DNA of 64,000 nt. Origin: Candidatus Omnitrophota bacterium (GTDB taxonomy: Bacteria > Omnitrophota > Gorgyraeia > Duberdicusellales > 4484-171). The stretch lies in NCBI GenBank assembly GCA_016935525.1, contig JAFGQU010000023.1, forward strand, positions 64,897 through 128,896, written 5' to 3'. Shown here piece after piece: positions 9,945 through 20,878 of this stretch. Positions within the stretch are counted from its first letter, which is position 1. Every line of letters starts with the position of its first letter. The position numbers and the translations under genes were made by a program. The notes beneath the pieces were generated by a model. The model was not told the origin of the DNA. It saw only the letters and a list, made by a program, of their open reading frames with translations, and made no database searches.

Positions 9945-10031
9945 TCTCTGGTCTACGGTCGACAGCATATAGTTTCCAACTCAAAAAAAAAGATTATTTC
10001 TATTCGCTGACCGCTAGCCGCTAAACGCTAT
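9945..10031. repeat. Intergenic periodic-repeat insert (GTCTACG-like and CGCTA heptamers)
   Basis: cgctgac cgctagc cgctaaa cgcta between the convergent rlmD and udg genes. Confidence 0.5.
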
Positions 10032-10053
10032 TTTACAAAGGGCTATCGACGGT

Positions 10054-10635
10054 TTATTTGGGAATGTTTTTAAGGATCCGAAAATCGTTGGCAAGAACCG
10101 GCTTTTTATTGATATCGTACGTGACTACCGCCGGATGGAATATCGGCATGATCTTTATTTTCCCGTAAGGACTCGTCGTGATGAAAATATTACCGTGAAT
10201 CTTAGTGATTCCCTGGACTTTGGCGGCAAGTCCGAATTTACGCATGATATAGCCGGTTGAAAAATTCCCTAAACAGCAGATGACCTTAGGCTTGATGTAT
10301 TCGATCTGGGCGTCGAGATAAGGAGTACAGAGAGCTATTTCTTCATCGTGAGGGTTCCGGTTATCCGGCGGCCGGCATTTAAGGATATTCCCGATAAAGA
10401 TTTCTTGGCGCGTTAATCCCGCCAGAGCGAGCATCTCATCGAGAACTCCTCCGGCCCGGCCGCAGAAAGGACGGCCTTCTTTATCTTCGGACGCCCCCGG
10501 CGCCTCGCCGATACACATGACTTTTGCCTCCAGGCTCCCTTCGCCCGGGACGGCCTTCGTCCTGGTCTTCCCTAACGGGCACCTCTGGCACTGGCATATC
10601 GTCTGATTGAGTTTTTGAATATATTCAGGGTCCAT
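10054..10635 (-). CDS. Uracil-DNA glycosylase family 4 (FeS-containing)
   Basis: CQRC, IGEAPG..ED..GRPF, KCRPP.NR, FHPA motifs. Confidence 0.93.
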   Translation of the reverse strand: MDPEYIQKLNQTICQCQRCPLGKTRTKAVPGEGSLEAKVMCIGEAPGASEDKEGRPFCGRAGGVLDEMLALAGLTRQEIFIGNILKCRPPDNRNPHDEEIALCTPYLDAQIEYIKPKVICCLGNFSTGYIMRKFGLAAKVQGITKIHGNIFITTSPYGKIKIMPIFHPAVVTYDINKKPVLANDFRILKNIPK

Positions 10636-11701
10636 GGGGATACTCCTCTTCGGTTTCTTTATAATTCACTTTTGCTTCCAGGTCGCGCAGTTGTTTCGCG
10701 ATATCTTCGAATTCGCTTTTATAGGTCTTTCTTTGTTTCAACGAGTACCCTAAATAGAGGGTTAACGGGAATACTACAAACAGGCCGCCGGTAAGTATCT
10801 GTCCCGGGTATTCTGGAAAAATAAAAAAGGAAACGATAAATAACAGCCAGCACACGACATCAGTAATCCCCGTATACAGAAGGGCCCGGGGAGTACCGCT
10901 GATGATCCGTTTGCCGGCGATGAACAGGAACGGGGCCGGGAAAAATGCGGTCGTATATGTACGCGCCAGATAAATAGTAAGCCCGCAGGCTTCCCCCAGC
11001 ATATCGCAATATATCACTTTTGCCAGGCCGTAAAAAAAGAAGATACTTCCTACGCTGCCGATCAATATCGCGTATCCTCCGAAAAGGTTACCCCATATAT
11101 CGGGGGCATGGCTTCCTTCCAGATGCCTGAGCAGTTCTTCCTGTTTTTCCTTCTGCTTTTTCATGAACAAATGGATAGAATCGCCCGATATGTCCGAAAG
11201 GGTATCTTTCTTTTTCAAAAATTCGTCTAATATTTTTTGAGAACCATATATATATTTTAACAACCATCGTACGGCAAAAAAGAGCAGTACATACCAGGAA
11301 ACATTTCTTAAAAGGTATCCCAGATATATGATTGCTCTCTCGTATACCGTGCGCTCGGGATATCGCCCGAACGCATAGATATGGATTATGGCTAACACGA
11401 TGAAAACCGCAAGCAGTATCGTCTTTACAAACTTGTTGAAGGTAAGCCCGAAAGAAGCTCTCTCCAGAATACCTAACCCGGCGATCAAGAAAAACGGCCC
11501 CGGTAAAAAAAGGATAATCGCCGCGCATACGAACTTTTGCGTACATTCGCTGCCGGGCGAGAAGATCATCGCGCCCAGAGTGGTAAACAAGCCGTAACTA
11601 AAGAAAATCGTCCCGGCTGTGCCAATGATCACCTCTATCGTACCGGCGACCTTAAGTAATAACGGAGGAGATCCCTGGGTATTATGTGAAGGAGTGTTCA
11701 T
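10625..11701 (-). CDS. Hypothetical multi-pass membrane protein with an internal duplication
   Basis: Start at ATG 11701 overlapping the treY stop (ATGA); about 8 hydrophobic segments in two similar halves. Confidence 0.75.
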   Translation of the reverse strand: MNTPSHNTQGSPPLLLKVAGTIEVIIGTAGTIFFSYGLFTTLGAMIFSPGSECTQKFVCAAIILFLPGPFFLIAGLGILERASFGLTFNKFVKTILLAVFIVLAIIHIYAFGRYPERTVYERAIIYLGYLLRNVSWYVLLFFAVRWLLKYIYGSQKILDEFLKKKDTLSDISGDSIHLFMKKQKEKQEELLRHLEGSHAPDIWGNLFGGYAILIGSVGSIFFFYGLAKVIYCDMLGEACGLTIYLARTYTTAFFPAPFLFIAGKRIISGTPRALLYTGITDVVCWLLFIVSFFIFPEYPGQILTGGLFVVFPLTLYLGYSLKQRKTYKSEFEDIAKQLRDLEAKVNYKETEEEYPHGP

Positions 11702-14493
11702 GGTCCAGTATTGATCAATACCGCAGCCGGAAAATGGGCACACAGATCTGCGACCAAAAGGGATTTCTCCGTCAGTCGGTCTTGGTGAGTGATGCAATCG
11801 GATAATGTCCCTTCGATCCCTTCCGGTAAAAAGACCGCGGTATCATCCCATATATTTGCCCCTAACGGCCAGGCGTCCGGGCCGACAAGACGGGTAGTAA
11901 ACCGGCTCGTCACGATAATCGCCCATTGCCCTTGATGTTTCCGGGCAAAAGCCACGATACATTCTTTATATTTACCTTCGGCCCGTAACGGAATATATTC
12001 GCCTTTTTCAAAAAGGTCAGGAAACCGGCGCCTTCGATTCAGGAGTTGATAGATAAGAAATAACTTTATTTTGCCGGTTGACGCCTCTTGCCTTAATCGG
12101 CCGATAAGACTATGGATATCTTCTTTAATCCCTTTTTCTATCTCATGTAAATACTGTATCCTTTTTGAAAAATCGACCGGCCGGCGGTTATCGGGATCGA
12201 CCAGGCTTAATTCCCATAATTCCGACCCCTGATAGAAGTCGCAGACGCCGGGCGCGGCCATCTTTATCGTGACTTGAGCGAGAGAATTCAACACGCCATA
12301 GTGAGCGATGACTTTATGAAACCTTAAAAAAGAAGGTAAAAACTGGTTCGCTTCATTATCTTCAAGAAGCGCATCGATAAAATTGAGGCATACCTCTTCA
12401 TATCCTTCATCGGGTTTTACCCAGGCGCTATGCACTTTCGCTTCTCTTACCGCTTTGATGATATACTCTTTTATCCGGCGCGAATAGCCGGCGATCTCCT
12501 CTGCCTCACAAGGGTAAGACCCTAACAGTGTCTGATAAATAAAATACTCATCGTTGGCGTCCGGCATATATTCACCGTCTATTTTGCGTTTTTTGGAACG
12601 GTTTATCTTACTCCAGGCATGCAGGTACCCTTTCCATTCGGTAAAGAGTTCGGATAATACGTTTATCCGGGCCCGTACGTCTTCGCCGCGTTTGGTATCA
12701 TGCGTGGCGGTCGCGTTCATCGAATGAAGCATATGTGTGCTGCGCCATTTGTTGAATTCATGAAATTCGCTTAACATGGTCCCGGCACTGTTCGGTTCGC
12801 CGCCGACTTCGTTAAGCGAGATCAATTTATGGTACGTATAAAACGTGGTATCTTCGAATCCTTTAGCCATGATCGGCGAAGTCATCTGCTGGAACCGCAT
12901 AATAAAATGCCAGAAATCCCGTTTTTCCTCGTCGGTCAACGAATCGATCAGCCTTAAAAGCAAAAAGTTCTCGATAAAGTTAAGTTCATATTCCAAAGCC
13001 GGGGCGCTCAAACGCGCTTTCTCGATCGCTTTTTTCATGTATACACGGTCTTTTCCTTCAAAATGCTCCTGATCGATATAGGTGCGGTATACCGGAAAAA
13101 AAGTCACTACCTCCACCAACGCCCGTTTCAAACCGTAAAGGGTAATATCCCGGCCGTAGCGGTTACGTCCGGCTACTTTTTTCATAAGATAGGCGAGGTT
13201 ATCGATATCGCCCGCCATATGTTTTCCGATAATAAGCCTTTTTTTCTCACTGACCAGACGTTCGTAAGAAGTATGGAAACCGGTAAATTTATAATATAGT
13301 TTCAGGAGGTTTTTGGCGTTTTTCGGCTGGCAGAATAATCCATTCAACCGGTTCATAAAATCATACCCGGTCGTACCCTGGATATCCCAGGTTTCGGGAA
13401 GATGTTCGCCGGATGCCGATATCTTTTCGACGACCGTATACACATCTTTCGTCTCAGCTTTTAACCGGGCAAGATAGGCGTTGGGATTATACAGGCCGTC
13501 AACATGATCGATACGTAATCCCTGGATCTTATCTTCTTTAATCAACCGCAAAATAAGTCCATGAGTATAATGGAACACGTTTTCTTTCTCTACTCTTAAA
13601 GAGATGATATCGTTCACCGTAAAAAATCTTCGGTAATTCAACTCCTCCGATGCCACTTTCCAGAACGACAAACGAAAACATTGTCTCGATAGCAGTTCAT
13701 CGAGCATCGTAATACTCTCATCGTTCCCGCCGGCGGCGTTGAAGAACGAGAGATTTCCATCGACAAAGGCCTTGATCTCATCATGGGACTGGATAAAATC
13801 CCACAGCAGCTTTTTCGCGTGCCGGATATAATCATATTTTATCTTATCATCATGCAGCGAGACTTCTTTGAAGGTATCGACTAATCCGTAAAATTGAATG
13901 ACCAGCTGATTGTTGGGGCCGATCTTGTTTTTTAGTCTTTCGATATCATGCAAAAAGACATATTCATACGTATTCAATAATAACGGGAACTCTAATTCGT
14001 AATAGATGACCTTTAATCCTGCTTCGCCATAGGCCAGCTGTATTTCCCCGCTCTCTAAGGCTTCGGAATAAAATTTCCCTAAAAACGGAGCCAGTACCCG
14101 GCCTTGAAAACTTTCATAAGGATGGACCCAGTCGATATCAAAAAAATCGTAGAAGCGGGAATGTTCTCTTTGTTCAAACACATCCATCAACATGTAATTT
14201 TCTTTACTATACGCCATATGGTTCGGGACGATATCCTGAAGCCAACTCATCCCTTTCCCGTTCAATACCGCGAAAAGCTCATTAAAAGCGGCCTCACCGC
14301 CGAGTTCGGGATTAATATGGGTAGGGTCGACCACGTCGTAACCGTGAGGGCTCCCCGGACGCGGGGTAAATATGGGTGACGCATAGATATGAGAGACTCC
14401 TAAGGCGTGAAGGTAAGAGACTATTCCTTTCGCCGCGGGAAACGTAAACCCTGAGTTAAATTGAATTCGATAGGTCGCGCTCGGTATACGCAT
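11698..14493 (-). CDS. treY: Malto-oligosyltrehalose synthase
   Basis: MRIPSATYRIQF, HGYDVVDP, DIVPNHM, GLRIDHVDGL, ATATHDTKRGED, SLVDPDNRRPVD; start placed at ATG 14493. Confidence 0.95.
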   Translation of the reverse strand: MRIPSATYRIQFNSGFTFPAAKGIVSYLHALGVSHIYASPIFTPRPGSPHGYDVVDPTHINPELGGEAAFNELFAVLNGKGMSWLQDIVPNHMAYSKENYMLMDVFEQREHSRFYDFFDIDWVHPYESFQGRVLAPFLGKFYSEALESGEIQLAYGEAGLKVIYYELEFPLLLNTYEYVFLHDIERLKNKIGPNNQLVIQFYGLVDTFKEVSLHDDKIKYDYIRHAKKLLWDFIQSHDEIKAFVDGNLSFFNAAGGNDESITMLDELLSRQCFRLSFWKVASEELNYRRFFTVNDIISLRVEKENVFHYTHGLILRLIKEDKIQGLRIDHVDGLYNPNAYLARLKAETKDVYTVVEKISASGEHLPETWDIQGTTGYDFMNRLNGLFCQPKNAKNLLKLYYKFTGFHTSYERLVSEKKRLIIGKHMAGDIDNLAYLMKKVAGRNRYGRDITLYGLKRALVEVVTFFPVYRTYIDQEHFEGKDRVYMKKAIEKARLSAPALEYELNFIENFLLLRLIDSLTDEEKRDFWHFIMRFQQMTSPIMAKGFEDTTFYTYHKLISLNEVGGEPNSAGTMLSEFHEFNKWRSTHMLHSMNATATHDTKRGEDVRARINVLSELFTEWKGYLHAWSKINRSKKRKIDGEYMPDANDEYFIYQTLLGSYPCEAEEIAGYSRRIKEYIIKAVREAKVHSAWVKPDEGYEEVCLNFIDALLEDNEANQFLPSFLRFHKVIAHYGVLNSLAQVTIKMAAPGVCDFYQGSELWELSLVDPDNRRPVDFSKRIQYLHEIEKGIKEDIHSLIGRLRQEASTGKIKLFLIYQLLNRRRRFPDLFEKGEYIPLRAEGKYKECIVAFARKHQGQWAIIVTSRFTTRLVGPDAWPLGANIWDDTAVFLPEGIEGTLSDCITHQDRLTEKSLLVADLCAHFPAAVLINTGP

Positions 14494-14497
14494 ATAT

Positions 14498-16921
14498 TCA
14501 GCCGGTCCGTATCCTAAGATATTCACCTAACGGATTAAAAGCGTCTAACCAGCCTTGAGCGGTTTTATCGTTCTGGTCTGCTTTCTCCTGCATCGTTTTG
14601 GCAAAATTCTTCTTTACCGAAAAATAAAGGTTTTGTACTTTCCAGAGGTTGATCGTCAATCCTAAAGGACCGAGCACATCAATCAATGACCGGACGATCT
14701 GCATCGGATAGATCTCCTGCGGAGACTTATAAAACTGTTTCATCAGCGTCTCGATCTTCTGACCTACCCGAAACCCCAAGGTCACCTTATCTACGGTAAG
14801 ATCCCATTCCTGGATATCGGCAATCAATCCTTTAAGCTTGGCGGAATCTAATTCGTCGTTATCGATACAATTCATCAGGTCGATATTGAATGTCGCCGAA
14901 AGCGTGCTGGCCAATATCGTAGGTAAAGGCATATTCAATTGTTTCAGTACCGAAAGTATCGGATAATGCTGGTCACTGATCTGTTTAAGCGAAGATTCGA
15001 TACCGGAGATCGTCGATGCGATGATCTGATAGAGGATCTTGCGTTGTTCGTCTTTAAACAAATGCCATAGAGTATAATGGACGTCGGGGAAAAACTGTTC
15101 GATCATCTTTAATGTCCCGGGGATATCGCCTTTCTCGAAAGACCCGCTGATTTCCTCTTTCATTTTTAAAAAATCTTCATGATCACGGGACGGCAATACT
15201 CCGCCGAAAAAGTTGTGGTCACCCAGATGCAGGACCGCGAAATCCACAGAAGTTTCTTCCTGCGTGATCTTTGAAAATATATCGGCTTTGCCGATGACAA
15301 GTCTGCTTTTACCGGATTCTTTCAGAATATATTCCTGATTCTTCACCGTATAACAATAAAGTGTCGTTACGTCTTGATGCTCGTTGAATAACGAAGATAT
15401 CGCGTAATGGGCGCCGACCCGGTTAAAGTCAAGGATGAACGGTTTCACGAAATATTCATAGGCGTATTTAGCGTTCCCGTACCGGGCGATATTACTGGGC
15501 ACTTTTTCCAGAAGAGTTATGAACGTCTCCTCCAGCGGCGCCCCGATAAGGTCATGGGCAAGCTGGATAGCTCTTGCGGCATAAAGAATGATCTGGACGG
15601 TCTCGATACCGCTCACCTCATCAAAAAACCATCCGCAACTGGTATACATCAGCATCGCCTGACGTTGCATCTCAAGCAGTTTTAGAGTTTTGATGCGTTC
15701 GGCTTTATTCAGTGGCCTGACCTGATGGGCCTTAAAAAACGCATCGATATTTTCCGGCGAACGGTCCAAAATCACGTCAATATACGCGTCACGCGCGCCC
15801 CAGGCATCTTTTACCAATGCCGTCATCTGTTCTTCATAGATATGTGCCAGATTATCGCGTAACCAATCAAGCGCGCCCCTGAGCGGCGCGCGCCACTCCT
15901 GGTTCCACTGGGGATGTCCTCCGGAATTACAACCGCAGTTGTTCCGCCAGCGTTCAATACCATGGATACAACTCCATGAAGAGTTTTCATAAATCTCTAC
16001 TTCAAACTGGGAAGGATGATTTTCAAGATATTCGCTATAAATAGTGATCCGGGCAAAATCATTATTGCGGATATAATCAATACAATAAGCCAGCCCCATA
16101 TCCCCGTCACGATGATGGTGCCCGTAGGTCTCGCCGTCGGTAGCGATATGGACCAACTGGTCTTCTTCGGACGATAAAAACACTCCTAATAACCGGCCGG
16201 CAAAATCTTCGCCTTTAGACAACAACCCTTCAAACGCTACGCCTTGTGAGACCGGGCCGTCATAGAAAAAAAGCGTGATCGCTCGACCGGAAGGTAACGC
16301 GCATTGGTAGGGATGACGCGGGTCTATTTTTGAACCGCTTATATCTTTCCAGCGTTTATCGCCGATCTTGCGCATCCGTTTTGCCTGGCGCGGAGCAAGA
16401 ATAGTAAACTTGATCCCGCAGGAAGCCAGCATATCCAGAGTCTCGATGTCGACCGCGGTCTCAGGCAGCCACATACCTTGAGGTTTCCTTTTAAACCGGT
16501 ATTCAAAATCTTTTATGCCCCATACTATCTGAGTATATTTGTCCCGCGATGTAGCCAGCGGCAGGATCATATGGTTATAACCTTGGGCTAATGCCGATCC
16601 GTGGCCGGAAAAATTTTTCTGGCTCTCTTTATCGGCGGAAAGGAGCGCCTGATACACTTCCGGCTCTTTTTTTGCCATCCAGGAAAGCAGGGTCGGTCCG
16701 AAATTAAAACTGATATTCGAGTAGTTGCTCATGATATCGGTGATCTTACCGCCTTCTCCCAAGATCCGGGCGGTAGAATTCGGCGCGTAACATTCGGCGG
16801 TGACCCGTTCGTTCCAGTCATGGTAAGGGTACGCCGAATCCTGCCGTTCGACTTCTTCTAACCAGGGATTTTCCCGCGGCGGTTGATAAAAATGCCCGTG
16901 AATACAGATATATTTATTCAT
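14498..16921 (-). CDS. Glycoside hydrolase family 57 protein with DUF3536 domain
   Basis: HGHFYQPPRENPW, WLPETAVD, ATDGETYGHH, MYTSCGWFFD. Confidence 0.9.
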   Translation of the reverse strand: MNKYICIHGHFYQPPRENPWLEEVERQDSAYPYHDWNERVTAECYAPNSTARILGEGGKITDIMSNYSNISFNFGPTLLSWMAKKEPEVYQALLSADKESQKNFSGHGSALAQGYNHMILPLATSRDKYTQIVWGIKDFEYRFKRKPQGMWLPETAVDIETLDMLASCGIKFTILAPRQAKRMRKIGDKRWKDISGSKIDPRHPYQCALPSGRAITLFFYDGPVSQGVAFEGLLSKGEDFAGRLLGVFLSSEEDQLVHIATDGETYGHHHRDGDMGLAYCIDYIRNNDFARITIYSEYLENHPSQFEVEIYENSSWSCIHGIERWRNNCGCNSGGHPQWNQEWRAPLRGALDWLRDNLAHIYEEQMTALVKDAWGARDAYIDVILDRSPENIDAFFKAHQVRPLNKAERIKTLKLLEMQRQAMLMYTSCGWFFDEVSGIETVQIILYAARAIQLAHDLIGAPLEETFITLLEKVPSNIARYGNAKYAYEYFVKPFILDFNRVGAHYAISSLFNEHQDVTTLYCYTVKNQEYILKESGKSRLVIGKADIFSKITQEETSVDFAVLHLGDHNFFGGVLPSRDHEDFLKMKEEISGSFEKGDIPGTLKMIEQFFPDVHYTLWHLFKDEQRKILYQIIASTISGIESSLKQISDQHYPILSVLKQLNMPLPTILASTLSATFNIDLMNCIDNDELDSAKLKGLIADIQEWDLTVDKVTLGFRVGQKIETLMKQFYKSPQEIYPMQIVRSLIDVLGPLGLTINLWKVQNLYFSVKKNFAKTMQEKADQNDKTAQGWLDAFNPLGEYLRIRTG

Positions 16922-18747
16922 TTTGAGACCTCGGTTTTATAGACGACGAGACTTAAAGGGTTCATCGTCACATTTCCTCCGGATTCGACCGTTTCCGGCG
17001 ATACCGAACCCGGACCTTGCCACTTTTGATGAGAAGAATCAAGAATACACGTCATCCTTCCGGTTACATTATCGCACGGATATACCTCTTCGTTTGAAGA
17101 AAAATTCATAAGAGTAATCGTTTCACTGCTCTTTGAGTTCCGAATAAGCGCCATTACCTCCGGTGAAGCACAACAGGTTTTAATCCCTTCCCGGCTCGAT
17201 TCAGCAAACGCGGCGACAGTTTTACGTAACCTTATCAGTTCCTGATAAAAAGAAAACATGACCGCGTGTTGACCTCGCGCGACTTCTTCCCATTTCAGTT
17301 TCGATAAGTTAAACGTCGCTTCGCTCTGCGGATCCGGCGGTTCGGCTTGCCAACCGAAAGAAGCGAATTCTTTTTTACGTCCGGTACGTACCGCTTCGAC
17401 TAATTGAGTATCGAGATGGCTGATAAAATAAAGGAAGGGGCTGGATGAGGCGAACTCTTCACCCATAAACAACATCGGGATATAAGGAGAAAGGATCATA
17501 CATCCGGCGGCAAGTTTTAACGCTTCAAAATCCACAAGGTGCCCTATACGCTTCCCTTCGATACGGTTTCCGACCTGATCGTGATTCTGGATAAATACAA
17601 TAAACTTATCCGGGGCGATGTCGCGGGAAGAACTGCCGAAATATTTTTTCCGGCAGCAAGAATAATCCCAAGAATACACAAACCCTTCCCGCTCACATTT
17701 CTCCAACTGTTCGAGTCTTCCGAAATCGGCGTAATAGCCCGCGGATTCTTTAGTAAGTAATGTACGTAACGAATGATGAAAATCATCGAGCCATTGAGCG
17801 TCTATGGCGTAGCCGCCTTTTTCTTTTTCTCGGACTACCCGTACGTCGTTAAGATCACTTTCGGCGATGAGATAACACTTTCTTTTCTGTTTTCGGGAAA
17901 ACTCTTCGACTCTTTCAGCCATCTCTTCTAAGATATGTTTCGCGCCGAAATCGTAAATACCGTGTATCGCGTCAAGCCTGAGGACGTCGATATGGTAATA
18001 CTTAAACCAATACAACGCGTTTTCGATAAAATAATCTCTCACTTTATCGCTCATCGCACTGTCAAAATTCACCGCTTTTCCCCAGGGTGTCCGGTATCGG
18101 TCGGTAAAGTACGGGCCGAAATCAGACAAATAATTCCCCTCCGGTCCCAGATGGTTATAGACCACATCAAGGATCACGGCAAACCCGGCACAATGGGCTT
18201 TATCGATAAACTTCTTGAGATTTTCCGGGCCGCCGTAAGAGTTTTGAACACTGAACGGATAAACCCCGTCATAGCCCCAATTACGCTCACCCGGGAACTG
18301 TGAAACCGGCATGATCTCAATAGTATTGATCCCCAGTTGTTTAAAATGGTCGAATTTACCGAGGATCGCTCCGAATGTGCCTTCGGGAGTAAAGGTTCCT
18401 ACGTGCAATTCATAGATAATCATCTCAGAAACGGCAATCCCTTCCCACCCCTGATCGTTCCAAGAAAAACTATTATGATCGATAATACCCGACGGGTTAT
18501 GGACCCCTTCGGGCTGAAAACTTGATACCGGGTCCGGCCGATCTATCCGGCCGTCGAGTACATACACATACGTACTTTCCGGAGAGATCCCCCCGCTTTG
18601 GGCGTGCCAGTAACCGCGGTCATCTTTTTCCATCGGGATAATACGTTCAGAAGGTGAGATTATTTTGAGAGCGACCGAATCACGCTGGGGAGCCCACACG
18701 CACCACTGACACTGCCCGTTACCTGAATAATGAGCGCCTATTCGCAT
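16918..18747 (-). CDS. treZ: Malto-oligosyltrehalose trehalohydrolase
   Basis: YELHVGTFT, RNWGYDGV, DVVYNHLGPEGNY, RLDAIH, QNHDQVGNR. Confidence 0.95.
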   Translation of the reverse strand: MRIGAHYSGNGQCQWCVWAPQRDSVALKIISPSERIIPMEKDDRGYWHAQSGGISPESTYVYVLDGRIDRPDPVSSFQPEGVHNPSGIIDHNSFSWNDQGWEGIAVSEMIIYELHVGTFTPEGTFGAILGKFDHFKQLGINTIEIMPVSQFPGERNWGYDGVYPFSVQNSYGGPENLKKFIDKAHCAGFAVILDVVYNHLGPEGNYLSDFGPYFTDRYRTPWGKAVNFDSAMSDKVRDYFIENALYWFKYYHIDVLRLDAIHGIYDFGAKHILEEMAERVEEFSRKQKRKCYLIAESDLNDVRVVREKEKGGYAIDAQWLDDFHHSLRTLLTKESAGYYADFGRLEQLEKCEREGFVYSWDYSCCRKKYFGSSSRDIAPDKFIVFIQNHDQVGNRIEGKRIGHLVDFEALKLAAGCMILSPYIPMLFMGEEFASSSPFLYFISHLDTQLVEAVRTGRKKEFASFGWQAEPPDPQSEATFNLSKLKWEEVARGQHAVMFSFYQELIRLRKTVAAFAESSREGIKTCCASPEVMALIRNSKSSETITLMNFSSNEEVYPCDNVTGRMTCILDSSHQKWQGPGSVSPETVESGGNVTMNPLSLVVYKTEVSK

Positions 18748-20678
18748 GAAGTTTTCGGTTGATACTTGAAAAAAACTGCCGCAAGCGGCGGAACGGTTAT
18801 GGAAAGAGAATAATGCCCGCCAGGCAAAGGTTCAACGGATGATTCCACTCCCCCTAAATTACCCTGGCCACTGCCGCCATATTCTTTCGCGTCACTATTG
18901 AGCATTTCTTTCCAGTATCCTCCGCAGGGAACACGCAGGGTATACCCGGAATGAGGTACGGGAGTAAAATTACATACGACCAGTATCGGCGGACTTTCCG
19001 AGAGCGGCTTACGGATGAAACTCAACACACTGCGTTGCCAGTCATGGCAGTCGATCCACTGGAATCCTTCGTGATGAAAATCATTTTCATACAGTGCCGG
19101 CTCATTTTTATAGAAAGCATTCAGTTCTCTGACCCAGCGCTGCAGGTCCCGGTGCGGGGCATACTCTAACACATACCATTCCAGTTCCTTTTCGTGGTTC
19201 CATTCGGCCCGCTGGCCGAATTCCTGGCCCATAAACATAAGTTTCTTGCCGGGATGGCCGTACATATACCCGTACAGCAGCCGCATATTGGCGAATTTCT
19301 GCCAATCATCTCCGGGCATTTTATTTACCAGGGAACCTTTTCCGTGGACGACTTCATCATGAGAAAAAGGAAGCATAAAATTTTCGGTGAAAGCATACAG
19401 CATACTGAACGTAAGTTCGCCATGATGATGCTTACGGTAAAGCGGATCTTGAGAAAAATACGCCAACGTATCATGCATCCAGCCCATATTCCATTTCATC
19501 CCAAACCCCAGACCTCCATCCGACGTCGGCCGCGATACGAGCGGCCAGGCGGTCGATTCTTCAGCGATCATCTGCACATCGGGATATTTTTCATATACCA
19601 CTTCGTTAAGACGGCGCAGAAAATCTATCGCTTCGATATTTTCCCTGCCGCCATACCGGTTAGGCACCCATTCTCCGTTATTCCGGGAATAATCAAGATA
19701 CAACATCGATGCGACCGCGTCGACTCTTAATCCGTCGATATGATATTTATCAAACCAGAACAACGCGCTGGAAATAAGGAAACTGCGCACTTCGGTACGT
19801 CCATAATTAAAAATATAACTTTTCCAGTCGGGATGGAACCCTTTGCGGCGATCGGCATGTTCATAGAGATGGGTACCGTCGAAATAGACAAGCCCGTGGC
19901 CGTCGGATACGAAATGCGAAGGGACCCAGTCAAAGATCACGCCGAACCCGTTCTCGTGAAGTTTATCGATGAGATACATCAACTCCTGCGGCGTACCATA
20001 GCGGCTCGTTGCCGCGAAATACCCGATGATCTGATATCCCCAGGACCCATAGAACGGATGTTCCATAAGCGGAAGGAATTCCACATGAGTATAGCCCATA
20101 TCTTTTAAATAACGGATAAGTTCAGAGGCCATTTCGCGGTAAGTTAAAGAGCAGTTATGTTCCTCATGACGTTTACGCCAGGACCCGAAATGTATCTCAT
20201 AGATAGAAATCGGCGCTCCGGACGCGTTCTTTTTACGGCGATTCCTCATCCAGCGGGCATCCTGCCACTGGTAATCAAGCCCCCAGACGACCGAAGCCGT
20301 CTGAGGCGGGACTTCTGAAAAAAAAGCAAACGGATCGGTCTTATCGGTACGGTAATCATTGTGCTGTGAAACGATATGATATTTATAGACCTCGCCGGAG
20401 CCGATACCGGGGATAAATCCTTCCCAAATGCCGGAGGCGTCGTCACGGATACTAAGCGGGTGAGCCTGGTCGTTCCATTGGTTAAAATTCCCGATGACAC
20501 TGACCGATTTGGCATTAGGAGCCCACACGGCAAAATACGTACCCGCTATTCCGTCATGAGTGATGAGATGCGCGCCCATCTTGTCATAAAGACGGGCCTG
20601 GTTCCCTTCCCGGAAAAGATACACATCTTCCGGAGAGAATAAACTTACTCCTGACATTACCTGTCCGATCTGAGCCAT
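18738..20678 (-). CDS. glgB: 1,4-alpha-glucan branching enzyme
   Basis: FAVWAPNA, SWGYQ, DGLRVDAVASMLY, AEESTAWP, SHDEVVHGKGSL. Confidence 0.96.
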   Translation of the reverse strand: MAQIGQVMSGVSLFSPEDVYLFREGNQARLYDKMGAHLITHDGIAGTYFAVWAPNAKSVSVIGNFNQWNDQAHPLSIRDDASGIWEGFIPGIGSGEVYKYHIVSQHNDYRTDKTDPFAFFSEVPPQTASVVWGLDYQWQDARWMRNRRKKNASGAPISIYEIHFGSWRKRHEEHNCSLTYREMASELIRYLKDMGYTHVEFLPLMEHPFYGSWGYQIIGYFAATSRYGTPQELMYLIDKLHENGFGVIFDWVPSHFVSDGHGLVYFDGTHLYEHADRRKGFHPDWKSYIFNYGRTEVRSFLISSALFWFDKYHIDGLRVDAVASMLYLDYSRNNGEWVPNRYGGRENIEAIDFLRRLNEVVYEKYPDVQMIAEESTAWPLVSRPTSDGGLGFGMKWNMGWMHDTLAYFSQDPLYRKHHHGELTFSMLYAFTENFMLPFSHDEVVHGKGSLVNKMPGDDWQKFANMRLLYGYMYGHPGKKLMFMGQEFGQRAEWNHEKELEWYVLEYAPHRDLQRWVRELNAFYKNEPALYENDFHHEGFQWIDCHDWQRSVLSFIRKPLSESPPILVVCNFTPVPHSGYTLRVPCGGYWKEMLNSDAKEYGGSGQGNLGGVESSVEPLPGGHYSLSITVPPLAAVFFKYQPKTSCE

Positions 20679-20878
20679 AAATGACTTTCGCGTGAGCCGG
20701 ATTTTACTTTAATGACTATAGTTAAAATGCGAAAAAGTTGATATCTATAAAATAATATTTTCTTCAGCAGTGAAACGCACGACAGTATCGAGGAATGGGT
20801 GGACCTAAAAAAGGCCTTATGTATTTATTATTTTAACACGTTTAAGGCAGTTCACAAGGAAGTTTTACGGCAACTGGC

